Part shown: piece by piece, positions 20,410 through 29,530 of the stretch
Layout: each line of letters opens with the position of its first letter
How positions within the stretch are numbered: position 1 is the stretch's first letter
Assembly (NCBI RefSeq): GCF_004342665.1
Contig: NZ_SMBY01000004.1
Coordinates: forward strand, 177,198-217,197
Source of the DNA: Samsonia erythrinae
Lineage (GTDB): Bacteria; Pseudomonadota; Gammaproteobacteria; Enterobacterales; Enterobacteriaceae
DNA: 40,000 nt
Reading direction: 5' to 3'
Made by a program: the position numbers and the translations under genes
Notes under the pieces: model-generated
Told to the model about the DNA's origin: nothing
Database searches by the model: none
The model's input: only the letters and a program-made list of their open reading frames with translations

Positions 20410-21360
20410 TTACAGGCCGGTCAAATACAGCACAAAGGACAGCGCGGCAACGCCGAAGCCCACCCAGGTAACCTGGTAGGCCAGCAGAAAACGGCCACGC
20501 GCCAGGGTATTTTCAAACAAGGATGCCAAAACAAACACGACCAGCAATTTGAGCAGCATGAGAACGGCCGCGAGAGCCAGCGTGCCGACGGTCAACGCCG
20601 TGGCCTTGCCAAAGGGGATAAACACCGCGAGGAACAGTTCAGCGACGACGACCTGTTTCAGGCCAATGCCCCATTTCACCAAGGCGAGTCCCGAGCCTGA
20701 GTATTCGGTTAATGGACCTTCTTGTAACTCTTGTTCCGCTTCCGCGACGTCGAAGGGGATCTTGCCCATTTCAATAAAGCAGGCAAAACCGCAGGCCAAC
20801 AGCGCCAGCATCGTGGCGGTTGGCGATGTCCAACCGGCGGTCAGCGCGGCACTCATCGTACCGATGTTGGTGGATCCTGCGATGAGGGCAACCACCAACA
20901 GGCTAAGGATTAAGGTCGGTTCCACCAGAACCCCCAGCGTCAATTCGCGGCTGGCGCCAATGCCGGCGAAGGTGCTGCCGCTGTCCAGCCCCGATAATGC
21001 AAAAAAGAAACGGAACAGCGCGAACAGATAAAGCAGGGTGATCATGTCGCCAGCGCCGCCAAACGGCGAGGTCTGGGTGAAAACAGGCAGGGCCATTGCG
21101 ACCAGCAACATGCTGCCTAACAGTACCCACGGCATAGCGCGAAAAATTGTGCCGGATTGCGCGGGAGCGACTTCCTGTCGTTTCAGTAATTTGAAAAGGT
21201 CGCGATAGTCTTGCCAGATCCCCGGCCCACGCCGTGAATGCATTCGGGCGCGGATCTGACGTGAAATACCGGTAAACAGAGGCGTCAGACATAACAGGAT
21301 TATTGCCTGAACCAGGGCGAAGAGTCCCATCATTAGCGACGGCGTTTCTTGTATAGTCAT
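20410..21360 (-). CDS. hyfC: hydrogenase-4 membrane subunit HyfC (NuoH-like), HycD counterpart
   Basis: ORF 20410..21426 trimmed to the ATG at 21360 (MTIQETPSLMMGLFALVQ...), which is preceded by GGAGAAAG. RMHSRRGPGIWQDYRDLFKLLKRQ and EAEQELQEGPLTEYSG motifs are present. Confidence 0.85.
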   Translation of the reverse strand: MTIQETPSLMMGLFALVQAIILLCLTPLFTGISRQIRARMHSRRGPGIWQDYRDLFKLLKRQEVAPAQSGTIFRAMPWVLLGSMLLVAMALPVFTQTSPFGGAGDMITLLYLFALFRFFFALSGLDSGSTFAGIGASRELTLGVLVEPTLILSLLVVALIAGSTNIGTMSAALTAGWTSPTATMLALLACGFACFIEMGKIPFDVAEAEQELQEGPLTEYSGSGLALVKWGIGLKQVVVAELFLAVFIPFGKATALTVGTLALAAVLMLLKLLVVFVLASLFENTLARGRFLLAYQVTWVGFGVAALSFVLYLTGL

Positions 21361-21371
21361 GCTCTTTCTCC

Positions 21372-23387
21372 TCACACTGCGATAGCCAATAGCAGCGCAA
21401 TTAGCGCGGCCACGACATACAGGCAATAGAGACGAAAATCCCCCCCCTGCAATCGCTGCACTTGCGCGCCGAGGCGTCGGACGGCGCGCACCAACGGATA
21501 AATGATTTTTTCATCCCAGAATGGCTCGACAATAGAGGCACCGTGGATCATGCTCTGCAAGGCCCGCGTCAGTCGCGGGGTAGGATCGAGTTGTTTACGC
21601 ATCTGATAGAGTGAACAAAACATCGCGCGTAGCGGCTGAGTAAAGCCGCCGGCGGAAACGGCCATCAGGGGTTCCCAGTCATAACCGCAGGCCCAGGGCG
21701 TACCCCGACGACGGAACGCTGGCTGATTGCCTTTCATGCCCAACCAGATCAGTAGCGGTACGATCGGCAGAGCGACAAGCAGGATGAAGATCAGGGCGGG
21801 CGATAGCATGGCTTGCGAGGCCTGAGCGGGTATTAGCAAGTCGCCCTGAGCCACGGTAACCCCGTGTGTATCTGTCAGCGACATCGCCACCTGAGATAGC
21901 ATCGGTGCGATCGCGCCAGCGCCGAGGCCCAACGCCAGACAACAGAGTGCCAACAGCAACATCGCGAGGGTCATCGGCCAGGGCACTTCTCGCGCCTGTC
22001 CGGCTTTTTCGCTGCGTGGACCGCCGCAAAAGCTGACGCCATAGACTTTGACAAAACACATCGCCGCCAGTGCGCCCGTGATCGCCAGCATGACGATGGC
22101 GATTGGCCCACTCAGGCGCATCAAGACGTTACCTTCATGACTCATGGTGAATAAAGACTGATAGGTGTACCACTCACTGATAAAACCATTGAGCGGTGGT
22201 AGGGCGGAAATCGACATACAGCCAATCAGGAAAGCGAAAGCGGTTAACGGCATTAATTTGCCCAGACCGCCCATCTTTTCCATATCGCGGGTATGCAGAC
22301 GATAAATCACCGCCCCGGCCCCCAGGAACAGCAACCCTTTAAATACCGCATGATTGAGTAAGTGATACAACGCGCCAAGCAAACCCAGCGTCGCCAATAC
22401 CGGATGCTGAGTCGCGATCCCAACCATACCGACACCCACGCCCATCAGAATGATGCCGACGTTTTCAACGGTGTGCCAGGCCAATAGCCGTTTGATATCG
22501 TGTTCAGCCAGCGCGTAGAGGACGCCGAGTACCGATGAAACGGCACCGAACCCCAGTACAACGATCCCCCACCACAAGTGCGGCGCGCCTAACAGGTCAA
22601 TACCGACTTTGATAATCCCAAAGATACCGATTTTGACCATCACGCCAGACATCAGGGCAGAGGCGTGTGAGGGGGCGGCAGGGTGAGCGCGTGGCAACCA
22701 GCTATGTAGCGGCAGCATCCCGGCTTTGGCGCCAAAGCCGAAGAACGCCAGCAAAAAAACCACGGACGCCATGGCGGGAGAAAGCCTGAGTTGACGGAAC
22801 GAGGCAAAGTCCAGACTGCCACTTTCGCGCCACATCAGGAAAAAGGCGATCATGATGAGCACCGAACCCGCGTGGGCAATAAAGAAATAAAGCAGCCCGG
22901 CGCTTACCGATTCCTCATCTTGTTCCGAGATCACCAGAAACCATGAGGCCAATGACATCGCTTCAAAGAGAATCATGAAGTAGAACGCATTATCCATCAC
23001 CACAAGGCCGACCATTGAGGCAATAAACAGATTCATGAAGAATCCCATGCTGCCTGCGCCACGGCCTTCATACTCACGGACATAGGCGATGGAGTAGATT
23101 GAGCAGATCGTGACTAACAGTGAGATAACCATCACCATAAAGGCGGCGAGCCGATCGAGACGCACGCTGAACGCCGCGAAAGGAAACCATCCCGTGTCGG
23201 TGTAGATCTGAATCTGTCCATTGAGTAACACCGGGACCGCACTACATAATCCGAGCACACCGCCCGCTATCGCGGTTATCGCTGCAATATTGATTGACAG
23301 GCGTTCCTGACGGGCCATCAGAATCGATAACAATGCGCCAGCGAGGTAGAGCGTTATTGACCCGTAAAGCCATTGAAGTGAATCCAT
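21372..23387 (-). CDS. hyfB: hydrogenase-4 membrane subunit HyfB (NuoL-like, long form)
   Basis: 671 aa (E. coli HyfB is ~672 aa). HSWLPRAHPAAPSHASALMSGVMVKIG and KRLLAWHTVENVG are present. The C-terminal ...GDFRLYCLYVVAAL... tail is shared with HyfB/HycC. Confidence 0.85.
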   Translation of the reverse strand: MDSLQWLYGSITLYLAGALLSILMARQERLSINIAAITAIAGGVLGLCSAVPVLLNGQIQIYTDTGWFPFAAFSVRLDRLAAFMVMVISLLVTICSIYSIAYVREYEGRGAGSMGFFMNLFIASMVGLVVMDNAFYFMILFEAMSLASWFLVISEQDEESVSAGLLYFFIAHAGSVLIMIAFFLMWRESGSLDFASFRQLRLSPAMASVVFLLAFFGFGAKAGMLPLHSWLPRAHPAAPSHASALMSGVMVKIGIFGIIKVGIDLLGAPHLWWGIVVLGFGAVSSVLGVLYALAEHDIKRLLAWHTVENVGIILMGVGVGMVGIATQHPVLATLGLLGALYHLLNHAVFKGLLFLGAGAVIYRLHTRDMEKMGGLGKLMPLTAFAFLIGCMSISALPPLNGFISEWYTYQSLFTMSHEGNVLMRLSGPIAIVMLAITGALAAMCFVKVYGVSFCGGPRSEKAGQAREVPWPMTLAMLLLALCCLALGLGAGAIAPMLSQVAMSLTDTHGVTVAQGDLLIPAQASQAMLSPALIFILLVALPIVPLLIWLGMKGNQPAFRRRGTPWACGYDWEPLMAVSAGGFTQPLRAMFCSLYQMRKQLDPTPRLTRALQSMIHGASIVEPFWDEKIIYPLVRAVRRLGAQVQRLQGGDFRLYCLYVVAALIALLLAIAV

Positions 23388-23389
23388 CG

Positions 23390-24007
23390 CTATTCTTCTC
23401 CTTCCTGATAGACAACGAAATCCGGCACCTGTGAGGAGGACAACAGCGTTTCCAGACGCTTTTCCCGGTTGTATTGACTCAGCAAGTCGTTATCCACCAG
23501 TTGGATGGCACTGGTTGGACAAACCCGAACGCATTCCGGCCCTTCTGACTGAAACGCGCAGAGATCGCATTTCACGGCGACGGTACGCAGTCCCGCATTC
23601 CACGCGAGATAAGGATGTGTACCGGGATCGCTTCCTGGCACATCGCGTAGCTGTTCTTCTGGAATAGGGTGTTGCAGTAAGGGGGGGGTGTTAATCGGTT
23701 TACTACCAGACGGTGTAATTGAACCAAAGGGGCACACCAGCCCACACAATTTACAGCCTATACACAGACTTTCATTGAGCTCGATAGCGTCCTTTCCGTG
23801 TGCGATCGCATTCACGGGACACACGCGCGCACAGGGCGCGTCTTCACACTGGCGGCACATCATCGGGGCGGTTTTATTCCCGACTTTCATCACCGTTAGT
23901 CGTGGTTGCACTTGCAATCCCTGCTTCTTATGTACGGCGGTACAACCCGCGACGCAGGTATTGCATCCGATACAAAGCTCGGGGTCCGCAATAACAAAGC
24001 GGTTCAT
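23390..24007 (-). CDS. hyfA: hydrogenase-4 multi-[4Fe-4S] ferredoxin subunit HyfA (HycB-like)
   Basis: 205 aa, MNRFVIADPELCIGCNTCVAGC..., with four Cys clusters. First gene of the operon; GAGGAC Shine-Dalgarno element. Confidence 0.85.
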   Translation of the reverse strand: MNRFVIADPELCIGCNTCVAGCTAVHKKQGLQVQPRLTVMKVGNKTAPMMCRQCEDAPCARVCPVNAIAHGKDAIELNESLCIGCKLCGLVCPFGSITPSGSKPINTPPLLQHPIPEEQLRDVPGSDPGTHPYLAWNAGLRTVAVKCDLCAFQSEGPECVRVCPTSAIQLVDNDLLSQYNREKRLETLLSSSQVPDFVVYQEGEE

Positions 24008-24058
24008 GTTCAGTCCTCAGGTTCAGCCTACAGGAAAGTCAGTCATCATTGCGGGAGT

Positions 24059-24074
24059 AAGCATTATTCAGGCC
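24059..24074 (-). promoter_or_regulatory. sigma54 (-24/-12) promoter candidate for the hyf operon
   Basis: The minus strand reads TGGCCTGAATAATGCT, with GG and GC at canonical spacing. It lies ~52-67 nt upstream of the hyfA ATG (24007). Confidence 0.55.
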
Positions 24075-24130
24075 AGATTTTTTTATTATTTATTTTCAGT
24101 ATGTTAGTGATTTTGTTCTGTCCAAAAACA

Positions 24131-24390
24131 TCATGTGACGATGGCTGTCATTGCCATATCGTCACTTTTGCTGGCCTAAAAAACAGACGGTGGCGGGGAT
24201 GGGAAAAGGCGAGGGGGAAAGTGGGGGCGAGTGCGATGACCAAAACAGAAAATCAATGGGTTATCGTCGTTGCCATGTCACCATGATGGCGCACTAGACC
24301 TCGTCCTTGTGCGCTGACGTCTGAGGAGCGTTATCTCGTCATCATGGCGTCGTCATAAATGTCAATATCGTGCAACTCACCGTGACAGCC
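24131..24390. promoter_or_regulatory. cluster of GACG/CGTC + ATGGC/GCCAT dyads between divergent sigma54 promoters (candidate FhlA/HyfR UAS region)
   Basis: Read directly: GTGACGATGGCTGTCATTGCCATATCGTCAC (24135-24165, outer arms GTGACGAT/ATCGTCAC are perfect); ATCGTCGTTGCCATGTCACCATGATGGCG (24263-24291); CTCGTCATCATGGCGTCGTCAT (24335-24356). There is also an IHF-consensus-like AATCAATGGGTTA at 24251-24263. Confidence 0.35.
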
Positions 24391-24426
24391 AGCAAAAAAA
24401 ACAGATAAATCAATACCATTAAATAA

Positions 24427-24442
24427 TGGCACACTTTATGTA
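24427..24442 (+). promoter_or_regulatory. possible sigma54 promoter for hydN-fdhF-hypF (perfect -24, degenerate -12)
   Basis: TGGCACACTTTATGTA: TGGCAC is perfect, but the -12 position reads GT instead of GC. It lies 43-58 nt upstream of the hydN ATG. E. coli hydN-hypF is reported to be FhlA/sigma54 dependent. Confidence 0.4.
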
Positions 24443-24484
24443 TGTCTATTATCGCGACTAAAATAATTCACGTCGGAGAATAGG

Positions 24485-25030
24485 ATGAACCGCTTCGTCA
24501 TTGTTAATTCGAGCAAATGTATAGGCTGTCGTACGTGTGAAGTAGCCTGCGTCGTATCGCACCAGGAGTCTCAGGACTGCTCATCCCTGAATCCAGAAAA
24601 TTTCTTGCCGCGGATTCATGTGATCAAAAGTCTGCACGTTTCTACAGCCGTGATGTGTCGCCAGTGTGAGGACGCCCCGTGTGCCAATGTCTGTCCGAAT
24701 GGCGCGATCGAACATGAAAAAGATTTTATCCATGTACTACAGGAGCGCTGTATTGGCTGTAAAACCTGCGTTGTCGCCTGTCCTTATGGCGTAATGGAAG
24801 TGGTCGAGCGTCCAGTGAAAGCCAATGGCTTTGGCGGCGAGATGATGCACTCCAGAAAGGTCGAGGCGAATAAATGTGATCTCTGCTACCAACGTGACGC
24901 GGGCCCCGCCTGCGTAGAAGTTTGTCCAACGAAAGCGATTGTCTGTATTGACAGAGAAACACTGGAAAAAATGAGTGCGGAAAAACGCCGCCGCGCGGCG
25001 CTGGACTCCGTCGAAGCACTTAATTTCTAA
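24485..25030 (+). CDS. hydN: electron-transfer 4x[4Fe-4S] ferredoxin HydN
   Basis: 181 aa, MNRFVIVNSSKCIGCRTCEVACVVSH..., with four Cys clusters. GGAGAA Shine-Dalgarno element. Paralogous to HyfA. Confidence 0.85.
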   Translation: MNRFVIVNSSKCIGCRTCEVACVVSHQESQDCSSLNPENFLPRIHVIKSLHVSTAVMCRQCEDAPCANVCPNGAIEHEKDFIHVLQERCIGCKTCVVACPYGVMEVVERPVKANGFGGEMMHSRKVEANKCDLCYQRDAGPACVEVCPTKAIVCIDRETLEKMSAEKRRRAALDSVEALNF

Positions 25031-25086
25031 ACCGATCTAACCTTGGTTAGGTTCTTCTGATTTCACTTTTAACAGGTCTGCTATAG

Positions 25087-27237
25087 ATGAAAAAGATCAC
25101 CAGCGTTTGCCCGTATTGTGGTGCGGGCTGCAAACTTAAACTGGTTGTTGAAGGCAACAAAATCATTCGTGCTGAAGCAGCGGACGGAATCACTAACCAG
25201 AATGAACTGTGTCTCAAAGGCTATTACGGTTGGGATTTCCTGAACGATACACAACTGCTGACACCTCGTTTGACGCAACCGATGATCCGTTATGAAAAAG
25301 GCGGCAAATTCACGCCGGTCAGTTGGGAGGAGGCGATTCGTTACACCGCTAAACGCTTGAGCGAAATCAAAGCCGCGCATGGACCGCGGTCGATCATGAC
25401 GACAGGCTCCTCACGAGGGACGGGGAATGAAACTAACTACGTGATGCAGAAGTTTGCCCGTGCGGTACTGAATACCAACAATGTGGACTGCTGCGCGCGC
25501 GTTTGCCACGGGCCATCCGTCGCCGGGTTACAAGAGGTACTGGGCAACGGTGCAATGAGTAATTCGATTAACGACATCGAAAACTCGAAATGTCTGTTGG
25601 TGTTCGGCTATAACAGCGCCGAATCTCATCCGATTGTCGCGCGTCGCGTTCTTAAAGCCCGTCAAAACGGCGCCAAAATTATCGTTTGTGACCCACGGCG
25701 TATTGAGACCGCGCGCATTGCTGATTGGTATTTGCAATTGAATAACGGCAGCAATATGGCGCTGGTCAATGCCTTTGGCTATGTGCTTCTGGACGAAAAA
25801 CTCTACGACGCGAACTATGTTGAACGGTATACCGAAGGGCTTGACGCGTATCGCGAAATCGTCAAGGACTATGCGCCGGAAGCCGTTGAACATATTACGG
25901 GTGTTCCTGCGCAACAAGTGCGTCAGGCGATGCGGATTTTTGCCGCCGCGCCGTCAGCCACCATTATGTGGGGAATGGGCGTGACACAATTTGGTCAAGC
26001 CGTTGACGTTGTCCGTGGACTGGCGGGTCTGGCGCTTTTGACCGGGAATCTGGGGCGTGAAGCTGTCGGCGTTGGGCCGGTGCGCGGCCAGAATAACGTA
26101 CAGGGCGCTTGTGATATGGGGGTATTACCCAACCAATTCCCCGGCTATCAGAGTGTGACCGATGCCGACGCACGCGCTAAATTCGCGGCGGCCTGGGGGA
26201 TCGATCCGGCGATAATGGACGACAAAGTTGGTACCCGTATTACCGAAGTGCCGCACCTTGCGCTGGAAGGCAAAGTCAAAGCTTACTACATCATGGGGGA
26301 AGATCCGTTGCAGACGGAAGCCGACCTCAGTCTCGTGCGTAAAGGCATTGAAGCGTTAGATTTTGTGGTAGTGCAGGACATCTTTATGACCAAAACCGCC
26401 GAAATTGCCGATGTGCTGCTGCCAGCAACATCCTGGGGTGAGCATGGCGGGGTATTTACCTGCGCGGATCGGGGATTCCAGCGTTTTGAGAAAGCCATCG
26501 ATGCGACCGGTAATGTGAAACGTGACTGGGAGATCCTTTCTCTGGTTGCCACCGAGATGGGCTATCCAATGCATTACGACAACAATCAGCAAATCTGGGA
26601 CGAAATGCGTAGTCTGTGCCCCCTGTTCTATGGTGTAACCTATGAAAAGATGGGCGAAATGGGGCACATTCAGTGGCCATGCCCAACGCTGGATCATCCG
26701 GGTACGCCCTATCTCTATGAAGGCAACCATTTCGATACCCCCAGCGGTAAAGGGAAACTGTTTGCCGCGCCGTGGCGTGCGCCAGCAGAAATTCCGGACG
26801 ATGATTATCCTCTGGTTCTCTGTACCGTGCGTGAAGTGGGGCACTATTCCTGCCGTTCGATGACAGGGAACTGCGCGGCGCTGCAAACGCTGGCGGATGA
26901 ACCGGGCAGGGTACAAATGCACCCCGCAGATGCCAAACGGTTGGGCATTTCTGATGGTCAACTGGTGTGGATCAGTTCTCGACGCGGCAAAGTAATCAGT
27001 CGTGCCGATATCAGTGAACGGATTAATGAAGGCGCGGTGTATATGACCTATCAGTGGTGGGTTGGTGCCTGTAACGAACTGACGCAGGATAATCTGGATC
27101 CTATTTCCAAAACGCCCGAAACTAAATATTGTGCGGTGAGGATAGATGCGATCGATGACCAGCGCTGGGCTGAAAATTTTGCCTCTACCGCCTACAACGA
27201 AATGAAAACGCGCCTGCGTACTGCCGTTGTCCATTAG
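25087..27237 (+). CDS. fdhF: formate dehydrogenase H catalytic subunit (Mo-bisPGD), cysteine variant
   Basis: 716 aa. N-terminal [4Fe-4S] CPYCGAGC. Active-site stretch NNVDCCARVCHGPSVAGL has Cys at residue 140 (TGC, 25504-25506), where E. coli FdhF has Sec (UGA). There is no in-frame stop. Confidence 0.9.
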   Translation: MKKITSVCPYCGAGCKLKLVVEGNKIIRAEAADGITNQNELCLKGYYGWDFLNDTQLLTPRLTQPMIRYEKGGKFTPVSWEEAIRYTAKRLSEIKAAHGPRSIMTTGSSRGTGNETNYVMQKFARAVLNTNNVDCCARVCHGPSVAGLQEVLGNGAMSNSINDIENSKCLLVFGYNSAESHPIVARRVLKARQNGAKIIVCDPRRIETARIADWYLQLNNGSNMALVNAFGYVLLDEKLYDANYVERYTEGLDAYREIVKDYAPEAVEHITGVPAQQVRQAMRIFAAAPSATIMWGMGVTQFGQAVDVVRGLAGLALLTGNLGREAVGVGPVRGQNNVQGACDMGVLPNQFPGYQSVTDADARAKFAAAWGIDPAIMDDKVGTRITEVPHLALEGKVKAYYIMGEDPLQTEADLSLVRKGIEALDFVVVQDIFMTKTAEIADVLLPATSWGEHGGVFTCADRGFQRFEKAIDATGNVKRDWEILSLVATEMGYPMHYDNNQQIWDEMRSLCPLFYGVTYEKMGEMGHIQWPCPTLDHPGTPYLYEGNHFDTPSGKGKLFAAPWRAPAEIPDDDYPLVLCTVREVGHYSCRSMTGNCAALQTLADEPGRVQMHPADAKRLGISDGQLVWISSRRGKVISRADISERINEGAVYMTYQWWVGACNELTQDNLDPISKTPETKYCAVRIDAIDDQRWAENFASTAYNEMKTRLRTAVVH

Positions 27238-27254
27238 GACACGGGTATCCTGAA

Positions 27255-27286
27255 ACGCGGAACAAGGGATGTTCTGCGTTTTTATT
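27255..27286 (+). terminator. intrinsic terminator/attenuator-like hairpin between fdhF and hypF
   Basis: ACGCGGAAC (27255-27263) pairs with GTTCTGCGT (27271-27279): 9 bp with one G-U pair and a 7-nt loop, followed by TTTTATT. It begins 18 nt after the fdhF stop and ends 9 nt before the hypF ATG. Confidence 0.45.
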
Positions 27287-27295
27287 GGGGAGCCT

Positions 27296-29530
27296 ATGCA
27301 TCATCACGGCGTTATTCTGCGGATCCGCGGCAAAGTGCAAGGGGTCGGTTTTCGGCCCTATGTCTGGCAACTGGCACAACGGATGTCTCTGACGGGGGAC
27401 ATCTGTAACGATGGCGCGGGCGTGATCGTGCGGCTGGTGACTGCACCACAGGCTTTTATTGACGCGTTGTATGCGCAATGTCCTCCTTTGGCGCGTATTG
27501 ATGCCCTGGAAAGGCAGCCTATGCGCTGGGGCGTGTTGCCAACCGATTTCACCATTCGCCATAGCGACAGTGGGACGATGAACACGCAAATTGTCCCTGA
27601 CGCGGCCACGTGTCCAGCCTGTTTGGCGGAAATGAATGACCCGACACAGCGTCGCTACCGTTATCCTTTTATTAATTGTACCCATTGCGGACCGCGTTTT
27701 ACGATCATTCGCGCCATGCCCTATGATCGTCCCAATACCGTGATGGCATCCTTTCCTCTCTGTCCTCAATGCGATAGCGAGTACCGTGATCCCTATGATA
27801 GACGCTTTCATGCTCAACCCATTGCCTGTCCGGCATGTGGCCCGTGGTTAAGCTGGCAATCTGGAGAACAACAGGCTGAAAAAGCGCGCGCGCTGCAAGC
27901 GGCAGTTGAGATGCTCAAGGCCGGAGGCATTGTTGCCATTAAAGGAATAGGGGGCTTTCATCTGGCATGCGATGCACAAAATGAGATTGCCGTGAAACGA
28001 CTGCGCACGCGTAAGCATCGGCCGGGTAAACCCTTCGCGGTGATGCTTCCACATGCCGACGCGCTGCCGATATCGGTACAACGACTGTTGACGAGCCCCG
28101 CCGCACCGATTGTGCTCGTGGATAAATCCTCTATCGAGGGCTTGAGTGAAGGTATTGCGCCGGGTTTGCATGACGCAGGCGTGATGTTACCCGCAAATCC
28201 GTTGCAGCATTTACTGATGCAGGACGTGGGCATCCCGCTGGTGATGACATCAGGCAATCTGAGTGGGCGTCCTCCTGCATTGACGAATCAACAGGCGCTT
28301 ACTGAACTGGCCGATATCGCCGACGGTTGGTTAATGCACAATCGCGAAATTTTACAGCGTATGGATGATTCGCTGGTGCGAGCGAGTGGCGAAATGTTGC
28401 GTCGGGCGCGTGGGTTTGTGCCTGACGCGCTGCCGCTGCCGCCCGGTTTCCATCAGGTTCCCGCGATGCTCTGTCTGGGTGCGGATCTGAAGAATACCTT
28501 CTGCCTTGTCCGTGGCGACAGTGCGGTGCTGAGCCAGCATCTGGGGGATTTAAGCGATGAAGGTGTCGAAGAACAATGGCGTCATGCTCTTGATCTCATG
28601 CGCCAGATGTATGATTTTCAGCCGCAGCAGGTGGTAGTGGATGCGCATCCTGAGTATCACTCGACGCAATTGGGGCGGCGGATGGCGTTACCGCAACACA
28701 CGGTTTTACACCATCATGCGCATATCGCCGCCTGCCTGGCGGAACACCAATGGCCACTTGACGGCGACGCGGTGATTGGTCTGGCGCTGGATGGCATTGG
28801 TATGGGCAAGGCGGGGCAGCTCTGGGGGAGCGAATGCCTGCGGGTGGATTATCGCCACTGTGAAAAATTAAGCGGGTTGCCTGCGGTCGCACTGCCGGGT
28901 GGGGATTTGGCCGCCCGGCAACCCTGGCGTAATCTGCTGGCTCACTGCATGGCGTTTGTTTCTGATTGGGAAGCGTTGCCAGAAACTGCCGCGATACGCT
29001 GTCAACCGTGGCAACCGCTGGCGCGCGCTATCGTTCGGGGAATCAATGCTCCTCTGGCATCCTCGACGGGACGTTTGTTCGATGCCGCCGCTGCCGCGTT
29101 AGGCTGCATAACGCAAACACAAAGTTATGAAGGCGAAGCGGCTTGTCGGTTTGAAGCGCTGGCCAGGAATTGCGACGCCGTTGATCATCCGGTAAGGCTG
29201 CCGTGTCATAACGGTCAGTTCGATATGCCGGCCTTTTGGCAAGGATGGTTAAACTGGCGTGCGCCTGATAGCGAACGTGCCTGGGCATTTCATGACGCGC
29301 TCGCGGCCGGATTGGCAACCCTGGCTCGTTACCATGCCGGACAGCAGGGGATCAACGTCATCGCCTGTGCCGGCGGGGTATTACACAATCAGATCCTTCG
29401 TCAACGTCTGGCGTATTATCTGTCCGATATGACGCTGTTATTGCCAACGCATCTCCCGGCGGGAGACGGTGCGATCTCGTTCGGTCAGGCGGTGATCGCG
29501 GCGGCTCAAATACAGGGCGGTTACAATTGA
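27296..29530 (+). CDS. hypF: [NiFe]-hydrogenase maturation carbamoyltransferase HypF
   Basis: ORF 27269..29530 trimmed to the ATG at 27296, which is preceded by GGGGAG. Acylphosphatase-like [20 protein letters not shown]. Two Zn fingers, CPACLAEM...CTHCGPRF and CPQC...CPACGP. YrdC-like and Kae1-like C-terminal domains. Confidence 0.9.
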   Translation: MHHHGVILRIRGKVQGVGFRPYVWQLAQRMSLTGDICNDGAGVIVRLVTAPQAFIDALYAQCPPLARIDALERQPMRWGVLPTDFTIRHSDSGTMNTQIVPDAATCPACLAEMNDPTQRRYRYPFINCTHCGPRFTIIRAMPYDRPNTVMASFPLCPQCDSEYRDPYDRRFHAQPIACPACGPWLSWQSGEQQAEKARALQAAVEMLKAGGIVAIKGIGGFHLACDAQNEIAVKRLRTRKHRPGKPFAVMLPHADALPISVQRLLTSPAAPIVLVDKSSIEGLSEGIAPGLHDAGVMLPANPLQHLLMQDVGIPLVMTSGNLSGRPPALTNQQALTELADIADGWLMHNREILQRMDDSLVRASGEMLRRARGFVPDALPLPPGFHQVPAMLCLGADLKNTFCLVRGDSAVLSQHLGDLSDEGVEEQWRHALDLMRQMYDFQPQQVVVDAHPEYHSTQLGRRMALPQHTVLHHHAHIAACLAEHQWPLDGDAVIGLALDGIGMGKAGQLWGSECLRVDYRHCEKLSGLPAVALPGGDLAARQPWRNLLAHCMAFVSDWEALPETAAIRCQPWQPLARAIVRGINAPLASSTGRLFDAAAAALGCITQTQSYEGEAACRFEALARNCDAVDHPVRLPCHNGQFDMPAFWQGWLNWRAPDSERAWAFHDALAAGLATLARYHAGQQGINVIACAGGVLHNQILRQRLAYYLSDMTLLLPTHLPAGDGAISFGQAVIAAAQIQGGYN

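Noticed and set aside
25031-25086. CTAACC-TT-GGTTAG palindrome between hydN and fdhF, considered as a terminator or operator.
   Set aside because: A 6-bp stem with a 2-nt loop is sterically poor as a hairpin, and there is no U-tract. The genes are most likely simply co-transcribed.
26356-27234. 292-aa minus-strand ORF antisense to fdhF. The same applies to 25528..25917, 9133..9930 (265 aa, antisense to hypB/hypA), 13861..14556 (antisense to hyfI/hyfH) and 15768..16274 (antisense to hyfG).
   Set aside because: Each lies entirely inside a strongly supported gene on the other strand. The translations are low-complexity and Arg/Gly/His-rich with no recognisable motifs. They are typical shadow ORFs of GC-rich coding DNA.
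25087-27237. Search for an in-frame TGA plus SECIS hairpin in fdhF, as expected from E. coli.
   Set aside because: The frame is uninterrupted and codon 140 is TGC. No recoding is needed, so this is reported as a Cys variant rather than a selenoprotein gene.
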